A stretch of 63,164 bases of DNA, counting the filler, from Octopus bimaculoides (taxonomy: Eukaryota): assembly GCF_001194135.2 (NCBI RefSeq). It is 4 parts of 4 records of this genome, joined end to end, with 100 filler letters (N's around TTAATTAATTAA, not from the genome) between each part and the next. Parts side by side here need not be neighbours in the genome. Positions count along the whole stretch, not along the records: positions 36,292 to 53,338 come from NC_068986.1; positions 53,439 to 63,164 come from NC_068981.1; 2 more parts are not named here. One strand, written 5' to 3'. Each line of letters opens with the position of its first letter. Positions within the stretch are counted from its first letter, which is position 1. The position numbers were made by a program, and so were the translations under genes. Shown here one piece after another: positions 49,876 to 62,590 of the stretch. Below the pieces are notes generated by a model. It ran no database searches, had not been told where the DNA came from, and saw nothing but the letters and a program-made list of their open reading frames with translations.

Positions 49876-50057
49876 TTTACATCAATACACTACTCCACAC
49901 TTAATTCTTCTCTTGTTCATTTCGTTTATGCTGTCTAAGATATTCTTTCCGTCTTGTGAGAAGTTTTGATTCATCTCCTTAACATCACTATGAAACCAAT
50001 GTTAAGCCCCTCTCACCCTTAAAAATCCTCTTAGGACTTCAGAGGTGGTAGCATTTT

Positions 50058-50283
50058 ACATCATCATCATCATCATCATACATCTGTTCTCTATGCTGGC
50101 ATGGGTTGGATGGTTCGACAAGAGCTGGTAAGCTGGAGAGCTGCACCAGGCTCCAATTGTCTGTTTTGACATGATTTCTATAGCTGGATGCCCTTCCTAA
50201 CATCAGTCACTTAACAGAGTGTACTGGGTGATTTTTATGTGGCACCAGCCCAGGTGCTTTTTATGTGGGACCAGCATGAGGGC
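50058..50283 (+). mobile_element. Interspersed repeat family C
   Basis: (CAT)n + ATGCTGGCATGGGTTGGATGG...GCTGCACCAGGCTCC...GCTGGATGCCCTTCCTAAC. Confidence 0.85.
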
Positions 50284-50416
50284 TTTTTCACTATGTAAAA
50301 TTTATATTTTCTTTATTTTCAGAATTTATTTAAAAAAAAGGTGATGTGAGTTAGCTTCGTTAGTTTTAATGAAGGGCACAGTCAACATATTAAATACTTA
50401 TTATATTGTATCTGAG

Positions 50417-50625
50417 GGCAGAGATTAACAGAATCATTTAGTGCACTGGAAAAATACGTTACAACATTTCATTAGACTGATTACATTCTGAGTTCAAATC
50501 TCACCAGGTCAACTTTGCGCGACATCCTTTTTGAGATGTCTAAAATAAAATAACGATCAGATATTGGGGTTAATGTAATCAACTTCAAAAATTGCTTGAC
50601 TCGTGCCTAAATTGGGAACAATTTT
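50417..50625 (+). mobile_element. SINE family B, diverged
   Basis: GGCAGAG...ACAGAATCATTTAGTGCACTGG...ACATTCTGAGTTCAAATCTCACCAGGTCAACTTTG. Confidence 0.7.
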
Positions 50626-51339
50626 ATTGTGTGTATTTCACATGGATGTGTACTCCTACACATAAGTGCATACACACACATAAACGCATGCACTCACACA
50701 CACAAATTGACACACAGGATATATATATAGTAGGGTTTACCTGGGGCTGAGCTCTTTTTCATTGCTACCCTTAATTTTTGTATCTGTACTGGATGTGTGC
50801 ATACATAAAAAAGGGAGTGAGATCTCAGTATTCACTTTGAGATAGTTGTACTAACTTGCAATTGTTAGGAGGTGGGTGGTAAAACAACCTAATATTAAAA
50901 TTTATAAATGGTATAGGTCTTTAATTCCAATTGATAAAAATGAAAAAAATAGAAATATAGATTTATTTCTATATCATTATTCCCCTCCCCATCTCTTTGT
51001 TTCTTAAGTATTTCTTATAAGGCATAGCTTAATGATTTACCAATCAACTATCTTCATCATTATTACAACCACCACCACCAATAGTAACAACAACACCACC
51101 ATTTTTATTTGATTGTTATTTTTCCTTTCTTTTTCTTCTCTTTTTAATCCTATGCAAATATATACAAGTAAAACATAAGACAGTTTTTTTGTTTTTTTTT
51201 AAAGTTTTTCTTGTTTGCTAAGTATTTCTGAATTGTTGACAGGTTGAGCTGAATTTATCAGAAAACTGCAAGATTTATTTATTTGTTTATTTATTGCTTG
51301 GTGTATTTTTCTTTTCTTTTTTTTTTTCTTCCTTCCCAT

Positions 51340-51577
51340 TTCTTTTGAGGAATGTTATTGTTGTTATTATTATCATCATCTTTGCTATTGTAGTCATTGT
51401 TGTTTTTTGTTGCTGTTGTTATTATTATTATTCCATTGACAAATTAACAATAAATCTTAAGAAAATTTTTGTCTTTTCTTTCATTAATAATAATAATAAT
51501 AATAATAATGACAATAATAATAGCAACAACAATAATAATGATAATAATACCACAGTGATAATAATAACAATGAGAAC

Positions 51578-51611
<34 letters not shown>

Positions 51612-52562
51612 TTCACTGTCATAATAATAATGATGATCATCATAGTGATGATGATGATAGTAATAATGTGTGTGTGTGTGTGCTTATTTATGTGTGTAAA
51701 TTTTATTTTCTTGTTTTGGTTTAATTTTTTTTTTTTTTNNNNNNNNNNNNNNNNNNNNNNNNNNNNNNNNNNNNNNNNNNNNNNNNNNNNNNNNNNNNNN
51801 NNNNNNNNNNNNNNNNNNNNNNNNNNNNNNNNNNNNNNNNNNNNNNNNNNNNNNNNNNNNNNNNNNNNNNNNNNNNNNNNNNNNNNNNNNNNNNNNNNNN
51901 NNNNNNNNNNNNNNNNNNNNNNNNNNNNNNNNNNNNNNNNNNNNNNNNNNNNNNNNNNNNNNNNNNNNNNNNNNNNNNNNNNNNNNNNNNNNNNNNNNNN
52001 NNNNNNNNNNNNNNNNNNNNNNNNNNNNNNNNNNNNNNNNNNNNNNNNNNNNATCCCCCATCCCCATCACACCCTACCCTACCCTGCCGTCCCGCCCTCT
52101 CCTCTCCTCGCTTGCTTCCCCCTTACTGCACCAACACCACCACAACCAGCAACAACAACAACATTAACACCAGTACCAGCACCACTAACCACCCCTCACT
52201 ATTCTCTCCCTTGCCACTCCAATCAACCATTGAACCAACTAACTAACCAACTATACCACCTCCCTACATCTCTCCTCCACCAATCTGCTCTAATCTAATG
52301 TTTATATCTTTTTCTACTTAAATGTTTCCTGTCTCAGAATATTTCCTTTATGCTTTTATTTATTTATTATAATTTTTTTTTATATTGCTGGTATTTTCTT
52401 CTTTTATTGAAACACTTTTTCTTTCTTTATATTTCTACATTTTTGAAAAAGATATTATTATTATTATATTATTATTATCATCATTATTATTATTGTTATT
52501 ATTATTGTTATTATTATTATCATTATCATCATTATTATTATTATTGTTATTATTATTATTAC

Positions 52563-52595
<33 letters not shown>

Positions 52596-53230
52596 CATTA
52601 TCATCATTGTTGTTGTTGTTGTTGTTTTTGTCGTTGTGGTTGTTGTTATCGTTGTCGTATGTGAGTATGTATGGTTTTTAAATGTTATCTTAATATAATA
52701 GATTGCTTATCTGTAGCCTGTGTGCATGTCGAAATAATGTGCACATGAGTGCGGGGCGGTGCAGCAGCCGCATACTTACAATCAGTGGAACAACTTAGAA
52801 GACATATTTGGCTGTGTGTAGGTGACCAAGCTAGCCATGTACTTACTACAGAGACAAATGAATGACTACTCTACTCTTGGTCTCTTCAGTTTCTCTCTCC
52901 AGTATTTTAAAATTCATCTCTCTCTCTCTCTCTCTCTCTCCCTCTCCCTCTTTCCTCCCCCGTCTCCCTCTTTCTCTTTTCCATTATCATCATCATCATC
53001 ATCATCATCATGACTCTTAATTTTCCTGTGTATTTTCTCTTGCTTTCACTTGTTTTTGTTTTTTTTTAATTCTAATTTATATTATATATTTATCTGGTTC
53101 ATTCTTTTTCTTTCTTTTTTATGCTTGTCTTTTGTAATATTTTTTTTTTTACTTCATTTTCTCATTACTATATATTGCCGCTGTTATCATTGTTATTTGG
53201 ATTGTTTTCTGTTATTCATTTGTTTTGGTC

Positions 53231-53285
<55 letters not shown>
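51340..53285. repeat. Cluster of long trinucleotide microsatellites (TAT/AAT/GAT/TGT), a C/A-rich tract and a gap
   Basis: Arrays at about 51340-51670, 52450-52640, 52980-53010 and 53230-53283, a C/A-rich tract at 52053-52290 and Ns at 51739-52052. Confidence 0.9.
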
Positions 53286-53289
<4 letters not shown>

Positions 53290-53338
53290 ATATATTTTAA
53301 AATTAATGGCAGCTATTGAACCTAAATAGTTCTACTAC

Positions 53339-53438
53339 NNNNNNNNNNNNNNNNNNNNNNNNNNNNNNNNNNNNNNNNNNNNTTAATTAATTAANNNNNN
53401 NNNNNNNNNNNNNNNNNNNNNNNNNNNNNNNNNNNNNN
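53339..53438. other. Artificial scaffold-join linker 3
   Basis: 44 N + TTAATTAATTAA (53383-53394) + 44 N. Confidence 0.95.
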
Positions 53439-54329
53439 ATTAAGCAGTACGGTGAAAATTACGTAGATGGTCGAAAGCGCTGTCTATCCATTACAGTAGA
53501 TCTTAAAATGACTAGAGATGCATATAGGAAGTTTTGTGCACGATCACGAAATGACTTTTTTTAAATCAAAAGAATGACTCAGAAAAATGTGTAAAAGCTA
53601 TCACTGCTTATAAGTTTGAATTGAACACACGCCATCGATTTTCCACAACCTTTGATTTCAAAACCTTTCTTCCTTACTGATTTTTTTCGAACCAGGGGTA
53701 ATCACCTTGGTGAACACTTTCTAAATTAAACAAATATTAAATTTACTTAACATTTGAATGAAATACAGGTATCTGAAGATTAGTATAAATGATACAAGTT
53801 TATTAACACTGTATTGTGCAAGGCACCAGTAAACTAGTCAGGTGGATTCATTTATTGAAGAGTTAAGTTTCTTTTCACATAGATACAAACAAGGTATCAC
53901 TGACAGGGTGCGACCGGTGATCTTATTATTTATTTATTTATTTATTTATTTTGATTAATTGCCCACTATTATATTCACGCAGCTAACCTGTAATCAGAAT
54001 CTAATTTCAAGCTGTTGTTCAATCACGAACAAACTGTTTGTTAATCTTGAACCACGCCTAATACTATGCAGTTGTGGTTCAAGTAATATATGAATATTCA
54101 ACATAGTTGATCACTTTTACTCCCCGCAAAGGCATCATTGTTGTTACAAATAATTTACTAGACTCAATAATTCCCGCCATAAGGTAATTTCGATATAAAT
54201 ACCACTTATACATAAGATACTCTCACTAAGAGATTTGCCAACCATCATGCTGTGTTGATAACCAATATGCTAATGTAGCTAGGGGCGCAAACGTTGACTA
54301 TTTCGAGTTGGGTATCATTGCAGATTAAG

Positions 54330-54930
54330 GTTAACTAAGAAGTGATTAATACGAGTAAAACCTTTTTCATGCTTAAGAGAACACAGCCTGTTAGCGGAAA
54401 ATAATTTGTTGTTTCATTGGAAATAAAATTTCAATCCTACGACTGCACAGATCCAGCGATCTTACGTGGTCGCTGGATCTGTTGGAAATAGCCATCAAAT
54501 TTCCCTCAAATCACATTCCACCGTCTTGAAAATGGATGGATACGTTGGATAGTATAGTCTTGATATACAAGACCCTGTTGACAAACGAAGATGGATATGA
54601 CTTCAATACCTAACATTAGGGGTTCTCAACCGGGGTCCATAAGACCCTTCGAGGTCTACATAAGATTTAGTTATTAAAAATTATGTGCAAGAAATCGGTT
54701 GTACTTCTACAATACACAAAATATTTTAACATTTTTTAAAATACAATTCCTTATAATATTTAATTATAAAAATATAATGGGATATTTTTAAACATCAAAT
54801 GACTATGAGAGTCTAATAGAATAAAATAAGAATCAAAGGGGTCCTTAGGCAAAAATAATGGTTAGGAGCCACTGTCTTAGATCATTGGCCTGCTCGGTGA
54901 GGGTTCAAATGGGACTAAATAACAACTAGC
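54330..54930 (+). mobile_element. Interspersed repeat (GAAATAGC...AAATTTCCCTCAAATCAC family) split by a MITE
   Basis: A related copy at about 60450-60660 is uninterrupted. The host sequence resumes at 54875. Confidence 0.6.
54617..54874. mobile_element. hAT/Charlie-like MITE
   Basis: Termini TAGGGGTTCTCAACC and GGTTAGGAGCCACTG (reverse complement CAGTGGCTCCTAACC). The flanking 8-mers CCTAACAT / TCTTAGAT are 5/8 identical (degenerate 8-bp TSD). Confidence 0.7.
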
Positions 54931-55045
54931 AAAATGCAACTGTTTTTGCAAATGATGTGACTTTAAACACCTTTCCTTTCTACCAATCTTCCTCCTGGAT
55001 GATTCAAATTTGATTTCGTAAATTTTTAATCATCTCATTGGTGTA

Positions 55046-55720
55046 CAAAATATATTCCAGAAGTTTTGAGATTTTTTCTGGAGACATTTATTAATTTCAA
55101 AGAAGTATAAAATTCTAATCTCCTTCAAAGTAGGATCCTCGCATTTCAATATCCTTTTTGTAGTACGCCGGCCTCTACGTGAAGGCTCTTCGTGGAGGCT
55201 CCTTCAAAGTGAAGGTATCCAGGACCTTCGTCACAGTGTCTTTCAGCTTCTCCTTCAGCTTGTGGAATAATCAAAAGTCACAAGAAGTAAGGTCTGAAGG
55301 GTGAGGGACAGTTTTGCTGCCCATCTCTGCTAAATAGTTGGTTACCAATTGGAACTGTAGACTGGTGCATTATCTTGGTGTAGATGCTCTGGTCTTTTGC
55401 GACGAAATCTGTTCCTGAACTCCCACGTAACCTCAACAAAGCATTCTTTGTTGATCGCCTGACCAGAAGGAACTCGGTAGGTGTAGACGATTCCATTGCA
55501 GTTGAAAAAGGTGATTATCACGAGCTCCCCGGTGGACTTACTTTCCCTGGTCTTTTGTGCCAGCGAGAAGATGCTCCGCTCATAAAGGTAATCCATATGC
55601 ATTCAGAAGCATTTCATAAGTTTTTGTAGCGTTTTTGCTCAGTTTAACAAAACTTTATTGCATAGCGAGCTTCCATATTGTCTTCACGTCCTGGCGGCAT
55701 TCTGCAAAGTATAACAGTTA
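55046..55720 (-). mobile_element. Internally deleted mariner element
   Basis: ORF 55342-55602 KSTGELVIITFFNCNGIVYTYRVPSGQAINKECFVEV...LHQDNAPVYSS, then VPHPSDLTSCDF*LFHKLK. Confidence 0.85.
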
Positions 55721-56055
55721 GCTTTGTCAAGTAATATTTAGTATAGTGTGTTCAAAGTGGTGTTATAGCAGTCTCCTTCCATCTGGGAATAATAAATGTT
55801 GGCAGGTCAGTCTATTAGATGTTTAGATGTATGTATGCTAAAATTACAGTAATCTAGGACAGTTATAATTGCTTCTTCTAAAAAAAAAAAAAAAACTCTT
55901 AAAATTTCTATAGTACAACTGTTGTTCTGTTATTATTCTGAAGTAACTACAAACAACTTTATGAATGCTGTTTTGAACAACAGAATGATTAAATATTTGG
56001 ATCTCCAGGGCAATTACAATTTAATCAAATATTTACTGCAGGTTATCTTTTATCA

Positions 56056-56449
56056 TTTACTGTTTACTTGTTCCAGTCATTGGACTGCGGTCATACTGGT
56101 GCACCGCCTTGAAATGATTAGTTGAACAAGTCAACCTCAGTACTTATCTTTTAAGTCTGGTGCTTATTCCATCGGTCTCTGTCACTGAACTGCGGCGTTA
56201 TAGAGACACACAAACTAACACTGGTTGTCAAGGGGTGGGAGTAGGACAAACACACACACGAAGACATGTGTGTATATGTATATGTTCGACAGGTTTCCAC
56301 ACAGTTTCCGTCTGCGAAATTCACTTAACAGGCCACTGGACGGCCCGGGTCTCTAGTAGAAGAGATTTGCTCAAAGTGCCATGCAGTGAGATTGGATCTG
56401 AAAGCATGTGACCGCAAAGTGAGTTTCTTAACCGCACTACCATGCCTGC
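56056..56449 (-). mobile_element. SINE family A, full length, diverged
   Basis: Head, central microsatellite and AATGACTGGAACAAGTAAACAGTAAA tail are recognisable on the minus strand. Confidence 0.85.
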
Positions 56450-56761
56450 ATCCATTAGAGGAAGTATTTGATAAAGCGAATCTCAGAATTTATATTTTAA
56501 AATTGTTTTTATGGCCAGGAGTCTTCGATTTACGTAAGAGGATGTTGTAACATTTATGCTTCAGCTACAACTGTTTTAATGGAAGTAAAATATTCTCAAA
56601 AGGGAATAAAACTGTAACGTGAAAACGTATGGCTCCACAGACAACTATGACTTTCATCACTGTATACCATACAAAGTATATCACTACTGCATACAACATT
56701 ACTAACGCAAGCTAACGAAGGAATGTCTAAATAGTCATTTAATCTAGTAGAAATAGCAGCC

Positions 56762-56811
<50 letters not shown>

Positions 56812-56989
56812 GGACATCCTTCAGTTAAAAAACTACAAGAATACATTCGATAATGTGGTTCTAAATTTGATATGTCTGTATGAAAAAAAGAAAAAAAAAG
56901 AGGATGGTAGAAGTCCGGGTCAGAATAAACAGCAGTAATACCCACTACAATAACACTACATGTAATATGGCTATGGCATGTGGCGGACT

Positions 56990-58060
56990 CTCCAGTCTTA
57001 AACGGTTGGTGAGGGATCTGCAACTTCTTACTGTACAACTTGCAAAGATGATTTATTTATAGTGATCAAATATTGGTGCTTATACATCAGCTCACTCCTT
57101 TCATCAAATCGTCTAGAAATGGAATCCATTTTTTCCTTCTCATCTAGATTTCAAGAGCATCCCAATCATCAGTGGGTGATATACATGGACTTTAAGATGG
57201 TCAATTTTCGCCTGAGACAAAATGGATACACCAAATACCCGTGCTTTTTATGTGTATGACACAGCAGGACCAGAGTAAGGCATTGGATGGTCAAAGGATG
57301 GTCGCAATGAATATTAGTTCCAGGGTATTTTAATATGGTTGAAGAACTTTTAGTTCAACCTGGAACAATCATCCTGCCTCCACTCCATATCAAACTTAAC
57401 ACTACGAAGCAGTTTGTTAAAGTTCTGGACAAAGATAGATCATGGGAACTTGAATGGCAGTGAAGCCGCATCATGGAATTCATTTGAAGTAATTGTAAAT
57501 ATCTTTCTGGGCAACAAGAAAGCAGCCAACTATGCTGAAAGGGTCGACAACATGCCGGAAAACATTCAAAAAATGAGAGCTAATATAGGTATAAAGCTAC
57601 TTTATCTCCACAGTCACCTTGATAAATTCCATGAAAATCTTCGTGACACAAGTGACGAGCAGAGGAAACGTTTCCATCAGGAACCAATGGAACAAGGGTA
57701 TTAAGGCTGATGAGACTTGCATACGATGGCGAACAATTGCTGGAACTTGGCTTTCGATCTTCCTGAGGTTCAGCACTGAAGAAAATTATCCAAACACAAA
57801 TTAATGGGAAATTAAACATAAACAATGATGTAATCTGTAGAAATTTTTAAATTTTTACTAGGTTTGCAGTAGAATTTTAAGAAAATATTCTGGTTTTGAA
57901 GAAAAACCAACTTCTATCTATGTTCGTATGTTATGCCTTGTTCCTCATAAACTGTTCTATTGAAAAAAAAACAAAATGAAATTCTATTGATCCAGTATCA
58001 TAAAATCTTGACGTGATGGTGTACCAAATAAAACCTAGTTCAGATCCAAATTTTTTGACA
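56990..58060 (+). mobile_element. Decayed DNA-transposon transposase, Chapaev3 (CMC)-like
   Basis: HQWVIYMDFKMVNF...GYTKYPCFLCV, IILPPLHIKL..TKQFVKVLDK, AASWNSFEVIVNIFLGNKKAANY and YLHSHLDKFHENLRDTSDEQRKRFHQ. The transposase is clear, but the superfamily label is from recall. Confidence 0.75.
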
Positions 58061-58372
58061 ATAGACATTTTTTTGTTTTTGTTTGCCTATGTTTTCGCAC
58101 GTTCACGCGGACTTTCCACACCTTTCCCACTAATATTGGAGCACTTAATTCTTTGATCATCATTAAACCTGGATTACCTCCCCGAATTATGTTAACTCAT
58201 TGAATATACCCTTGAAGCGAGCCAATTCTTCACCACAAATTGTGAATTTTCCAAATTCGTCCGCGATTTTCATATCTTTCTTCTCCTTTCCTACACTGCC
58301 GCTAAGTATTTTGATCGGTGTGTTAACACGATTCTACCAGCTCACCGCTGGTAATAATAATAACAATAATAA

Positions 58373-60215
58373 AAATGGCAAGCAGCCTAGGAGAAGAACC
58401 ACTCTGAGTTCAAAGCCAGGGTATCAAGGTTTCTGCCGTCTTGGTGAACTACCTTGATAGAGATGGTATCTCGATAAAAATATCAGTTGGTAGTAACCTA
58501 AAAACAAACCTTATTTGTGAGTGAAAATGCCAAGCAAAATAGATGGCGATAACGATGTGAACGAGACTGGAACAAATGGTGAAGGTGCTGCACCCGGCAG
58601 GTGCCCCACTGTGCAGCAGGGTGGGCTCGATCATAATCCAGCCGCTGCTATCCATGCTGCAAGACATAAGTGGAGTAAACAAGTAGACATGAGGGTTATG
58701 GAGTGTTACTACTGGAGCACCCCAGTGGGTGTCAGAGGGTACAGAAAGCGAATGAATGGAAGGCAATAGATCTGTTTGAAATTACTGAATAGAGATTATA
58801 TGACCAAGCAAGAGCAATACGAAAGAATGGATAGTTAACAGAATTGGAGGTAGAAGCTATTAAAAGAAGGATATCAGGTGATGCTGGGCATGTAAGAAAC
58901 GAAAGTGGTATAGTGAAAGAGATGGACAATTGTTCGCAAGAATATGCTACCGTGAATTGTGAAAGAATTGAGATCAGTGACTACTCAAACAATGAAGATC
59001 GATTAATAATAGACAGGATTTTGGATCTATTAGATACAGAAGAGACAAGATTTATGGGCGATATTAAGAATGCTAACCAAAAGAAATTAAATCAAGAGAC
59101 GAATAAATTCAATAATGTATTGAGATACATTGAAACAAAGGACATCACACAAACAAATAATCTTATCAAGGCTGCTAGCAGGATTGTGGCAGAAAGGATG
59201 GGATTGAGAACTCCAAAGAACAGAACAGCGACGGATAGAAGAGAAAATAAATAACCGTGGTGGAAAAGGAGAATTTCAAAAGATAAAAATCCTTGAACAG
59301 TGTAATGTCAAAACATGTCAGGAAAAGAAATGGAGAACTTAAGAATGAATGGAAATTCGGAAAAGTTAGGAAGAAGTATAATGTAGATACAAAAGGCCTA
59401 AATTTGTTATTTGAAGAACTGAAGCAGCGATTACTTGCAAAAAAAAAAAAAAAAATGCAAAGCTAACTAGGTTTGAACGATGGATTAAGCAATACCGACA
59501 AAGCAAATTGTTTAGAACCGACCGACAAAGATTTTATCAAGAGATTGATGACGATAAAAAAAAACCGTGAAAGATTGGGCCCTAATGCTGAAGAAAGTTG
59601 AGTTTTCTTGGGTAAGATATGGAATAAGCAAGAACAGCATAATACCACAGGTGAATGGCTCTGCAGCCTGAAGTAAAGAGCTTCTTATCCTCAACAAGAG
59701 GCTATCCACTTCATAGAACAGTATCAGAAATATGAGTAAAAAGATAAGCAATTGGAAAACAGTAGCATCTGATTGAGTACAGGGATTTTGGATAAAAAAT
59801 TCAGTAGTTGCCATAAATTGATCGTAGAGCAATTTAATGCATTGATCAACGAAGAAGAAGAAATCCCAGCATGGTTGACAAAAGGACGAACGGTGTTGTG
59901 CCTGATGGATGCATCAAAGGGAAACGCTGCTGACAATTACGGGTCAATTTTTCGTTTCCTGTTAATGTGGAAGTTACTCTCAGGTGGAACTGCAGAAGAT
60001 CTATACAAATTTTTTGATGAGAACGATATATTACCGACGGAACAAAAAGGCTGGCTGTAGAAGAAAATTCAGAGGTACCAAAGATCTATTATTATTGATA
60101 GACAAAATGGTGATTCAAGATTGTAAACGAAGGAGAACAAATTTGGGAATGGCCTAGATTTACTATCGCAAAGCTTACGATATAATTCGTCATTCGTAGA
60201 TCATTGAGTGCTTAA
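58373..60215 (+). mobile_element. R4/Dong-clade non-LTR retrotransposon, 5' half, decayed
   Basis: [108 protein letters not shown]. Preceded by (TAA)n at 58352-58371. Confidence 0.88.
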
Positions 60216-60820
60216 ATCCGTAGCCCGATGTTAAGAATTATTTCCCTTCAGTTCAGTCTGTTGTGCGTACATGAAATAATAATACAAATGCCGATAGGGT
60301 GAATACTATCGTTTAGCCGAAAATTCTTGGTTATAGAAGTTTCGAAGCCCACTTTAGACTGCCATTTAGCGCTGTTTCATTTTATTCAACATTGGTTTTG
60401 ACCTTATAAAAAAAAAACTCATGATAGTGTAAACTCTTATGAAGCCACTCTCATTCTGCTACTTCTAGCAAAGTCCCATTGGTTGCTAAGCAACTACTGA
60501 ATATCGTGTCAAAAGAAATAGCAACCAGATAACCCTTATATCACATGTTGTCTATTTCTTAAAATAGGACACATTATACAATGCTAGCCTTGACATACGA
60601 AAACAAGCGACAGTCACAGCTGCAGTGCTTTCGACCAGGATTGATCTTGGGCAACAAACTATTGATTAATAATTGATTATCGAGTTAACTACAGAAGATA
60701 AATTTAAAGTAACACTTCTGTGGGAAAACTCATCGAAAGGTATCAACATCTGTGCAGAAACATAATATTTAATCGATATAAATTTCAGTCACGAATGTCA
60801 ATATGGAAAAGCATACCATC

Positions 60821-60858
<38 letters not shown>

Positions 60859-61139
60859 CTGTCTTAATATCGTATTTTAATACTAATTTTGTTCTAGTTT
60901 GTTTCTAATTATAGTTTTATTCTAGTTTGTTTCTTATGTAATATTTTAATTCTAGTTTTATTTTGAAAGGATATAGAGAACATACCAGTCGAACGGCTGT
61001 TTGGTTTCAAGTTCACTATAGTTAAATTTCTTTCAACTTCAGTACAGAATAGGATCGCGCATGATGTCTCATTGAAGTGAAAGTAGCCGAATGTAATTAA
61101 ATAAAACAATATAAATTCAGAAGAAAATTTCCCCTGATT

Positions 61140-61333
61140 ACTTTTATCTGTTTCAGTCATTGGACTGTGGCCACGCTGTGCATTGTCTCGAAGGGTTTGG
61201 TCGAACGACTCGACCCCAGTACTTATATTTCTAAGTTCGGTATTTATTCTATTGGTCTTTATTCCCGAGTTGCTAAGTTATGAAGCCAACACAGATTCTC
61301 AAATAGTGAAGAACAAATACAAACACAATGACG

Positions 61334-61380
<47 letters not shown>

Positions 61381-61593
61381 ACACACACACATACACGCAC
61401 ACACACACACACACACATTCACACACACAATGTTTTTTTTTTTGTTTTTCAATTTCCGTCTCCCAAATCCACTCACAAAGCTTTGGTTGGCCCAAGCTAT
61501 AGGCGAAGACGCTTTCTCAAGGTGCCACACAGTGAGGCTGAATGTGGAATCATTCTTTTGGAAACAAACTTCTTACCACGCAGCCACGCTCGT
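61140..61593 (-). mobile_element. SINE family A, full length, with expanded internal (CA)n
   Basis: Head GCGTGGCTGCGTGGTAAGAAGTTTG, central GCACCTTGAGAAAG and tail AATGACTGAAACAGATAAAAG on the minus strand. Confidence 0.85.
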
Positions 61594-61843
61594 GAATTAA
61601 ATTTTTGTAGGATTTTTCAGAAAAAGAATGCCATAAAAGTCTCCTTTTACTTATAACAGCTGAGCATAATGACTGAAAGTATTAAAATATTTTGTAGATA
61701 TTTTTCTGGCAAACAGAATTTTAATTTTCTTGGCTAGGAACCAAACGAGATATACATAATCGAATCTGTCTTTTATAGCAAGCAAAGGTTAATGTAATTG
61801 GTGTCCTATAAGTATTTTTCTGTTATCAATTGTCTATCAGAAG

Positions 61844-62590
61844 GTGATGAGTAGGCAGAATTGATACTGCGCATGACAAAAAATGCAGAGCGGCATTTCT
61901 TCGTTGTCAATTCAAATACCGGTGCGGTTTGACATTGTCTTTCACCCATTCGGGGTCGATAAAATAAGTACCATAAGTACCATTTGAGCACTGGAATCGA
62001 TGCAATCGATTTACTCACCGTCCTCCCAAATTTGCTGGACTTGTGACAAAATTTAAAACCATTACTAATTATCAAGTTGGCAGAATCGTTAGTACGTTGG
62101 ACAAAATGTATAGCGGCATTTCGTCCGCTATCATATTATGAGTTCAAATTCCACTGAGGTCGAATTTGGCAGTCATCATTTTCAGGTCAGTAAAATAAGT
62201 AAGTCAAGTACTGGGATCGATGTAATCTACTCTACCCTTCCTTCAAAAATTACTGACCTTGTATCCAAATTTAAAATTATTATAAATTATCTATAAGTCG
62301 GAGAGCTGGCAGAATCGTTAGCACGCTGGATGAAATTTTTAATAGCATTTCTTCTGGTTTTACGTTCTAAGTTCAAATTCTGTCGAGGTTGACTTTGCCT
62401 TTCGTCGTTTCGGAGTCGATGAAATAAGAACCAGTTGAGCACTGGGATCAATGTGATCGACTAGTTGCTCCTCCAAAATTTCAGGCTTCGTGTCTATAGT
62501 AGGAAGGGTTATTACATTTATTATAAAGGCCGACTTCATAAATTTCTGGCAGAATCGTTTGCACGCCGGACAAAACGCTAGGCAGCAGTT
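61844..62590 (+). mobile_element. Head-to-tail array of SINE family B (three full units plus a truncated fourth)
   Basis: Heads GGCAGAAT(C/T)G... start at about 61853, 62078, 62305 and 62546. Each full unit has TTCAAAT, AAAATAAG, a CTGG(G/A)ATC tail segment and ends in an AT-rich ATTAT. Confidence 0.85.

Noticed and set aside
61844-62590. CRISPR-like repeat-spacer array
   Set aside because: Units are about 230-nt diverged SINEs, not 23-50-nt identical repeats with unique spacers. The context is eukaryotic and there are no cas genes.
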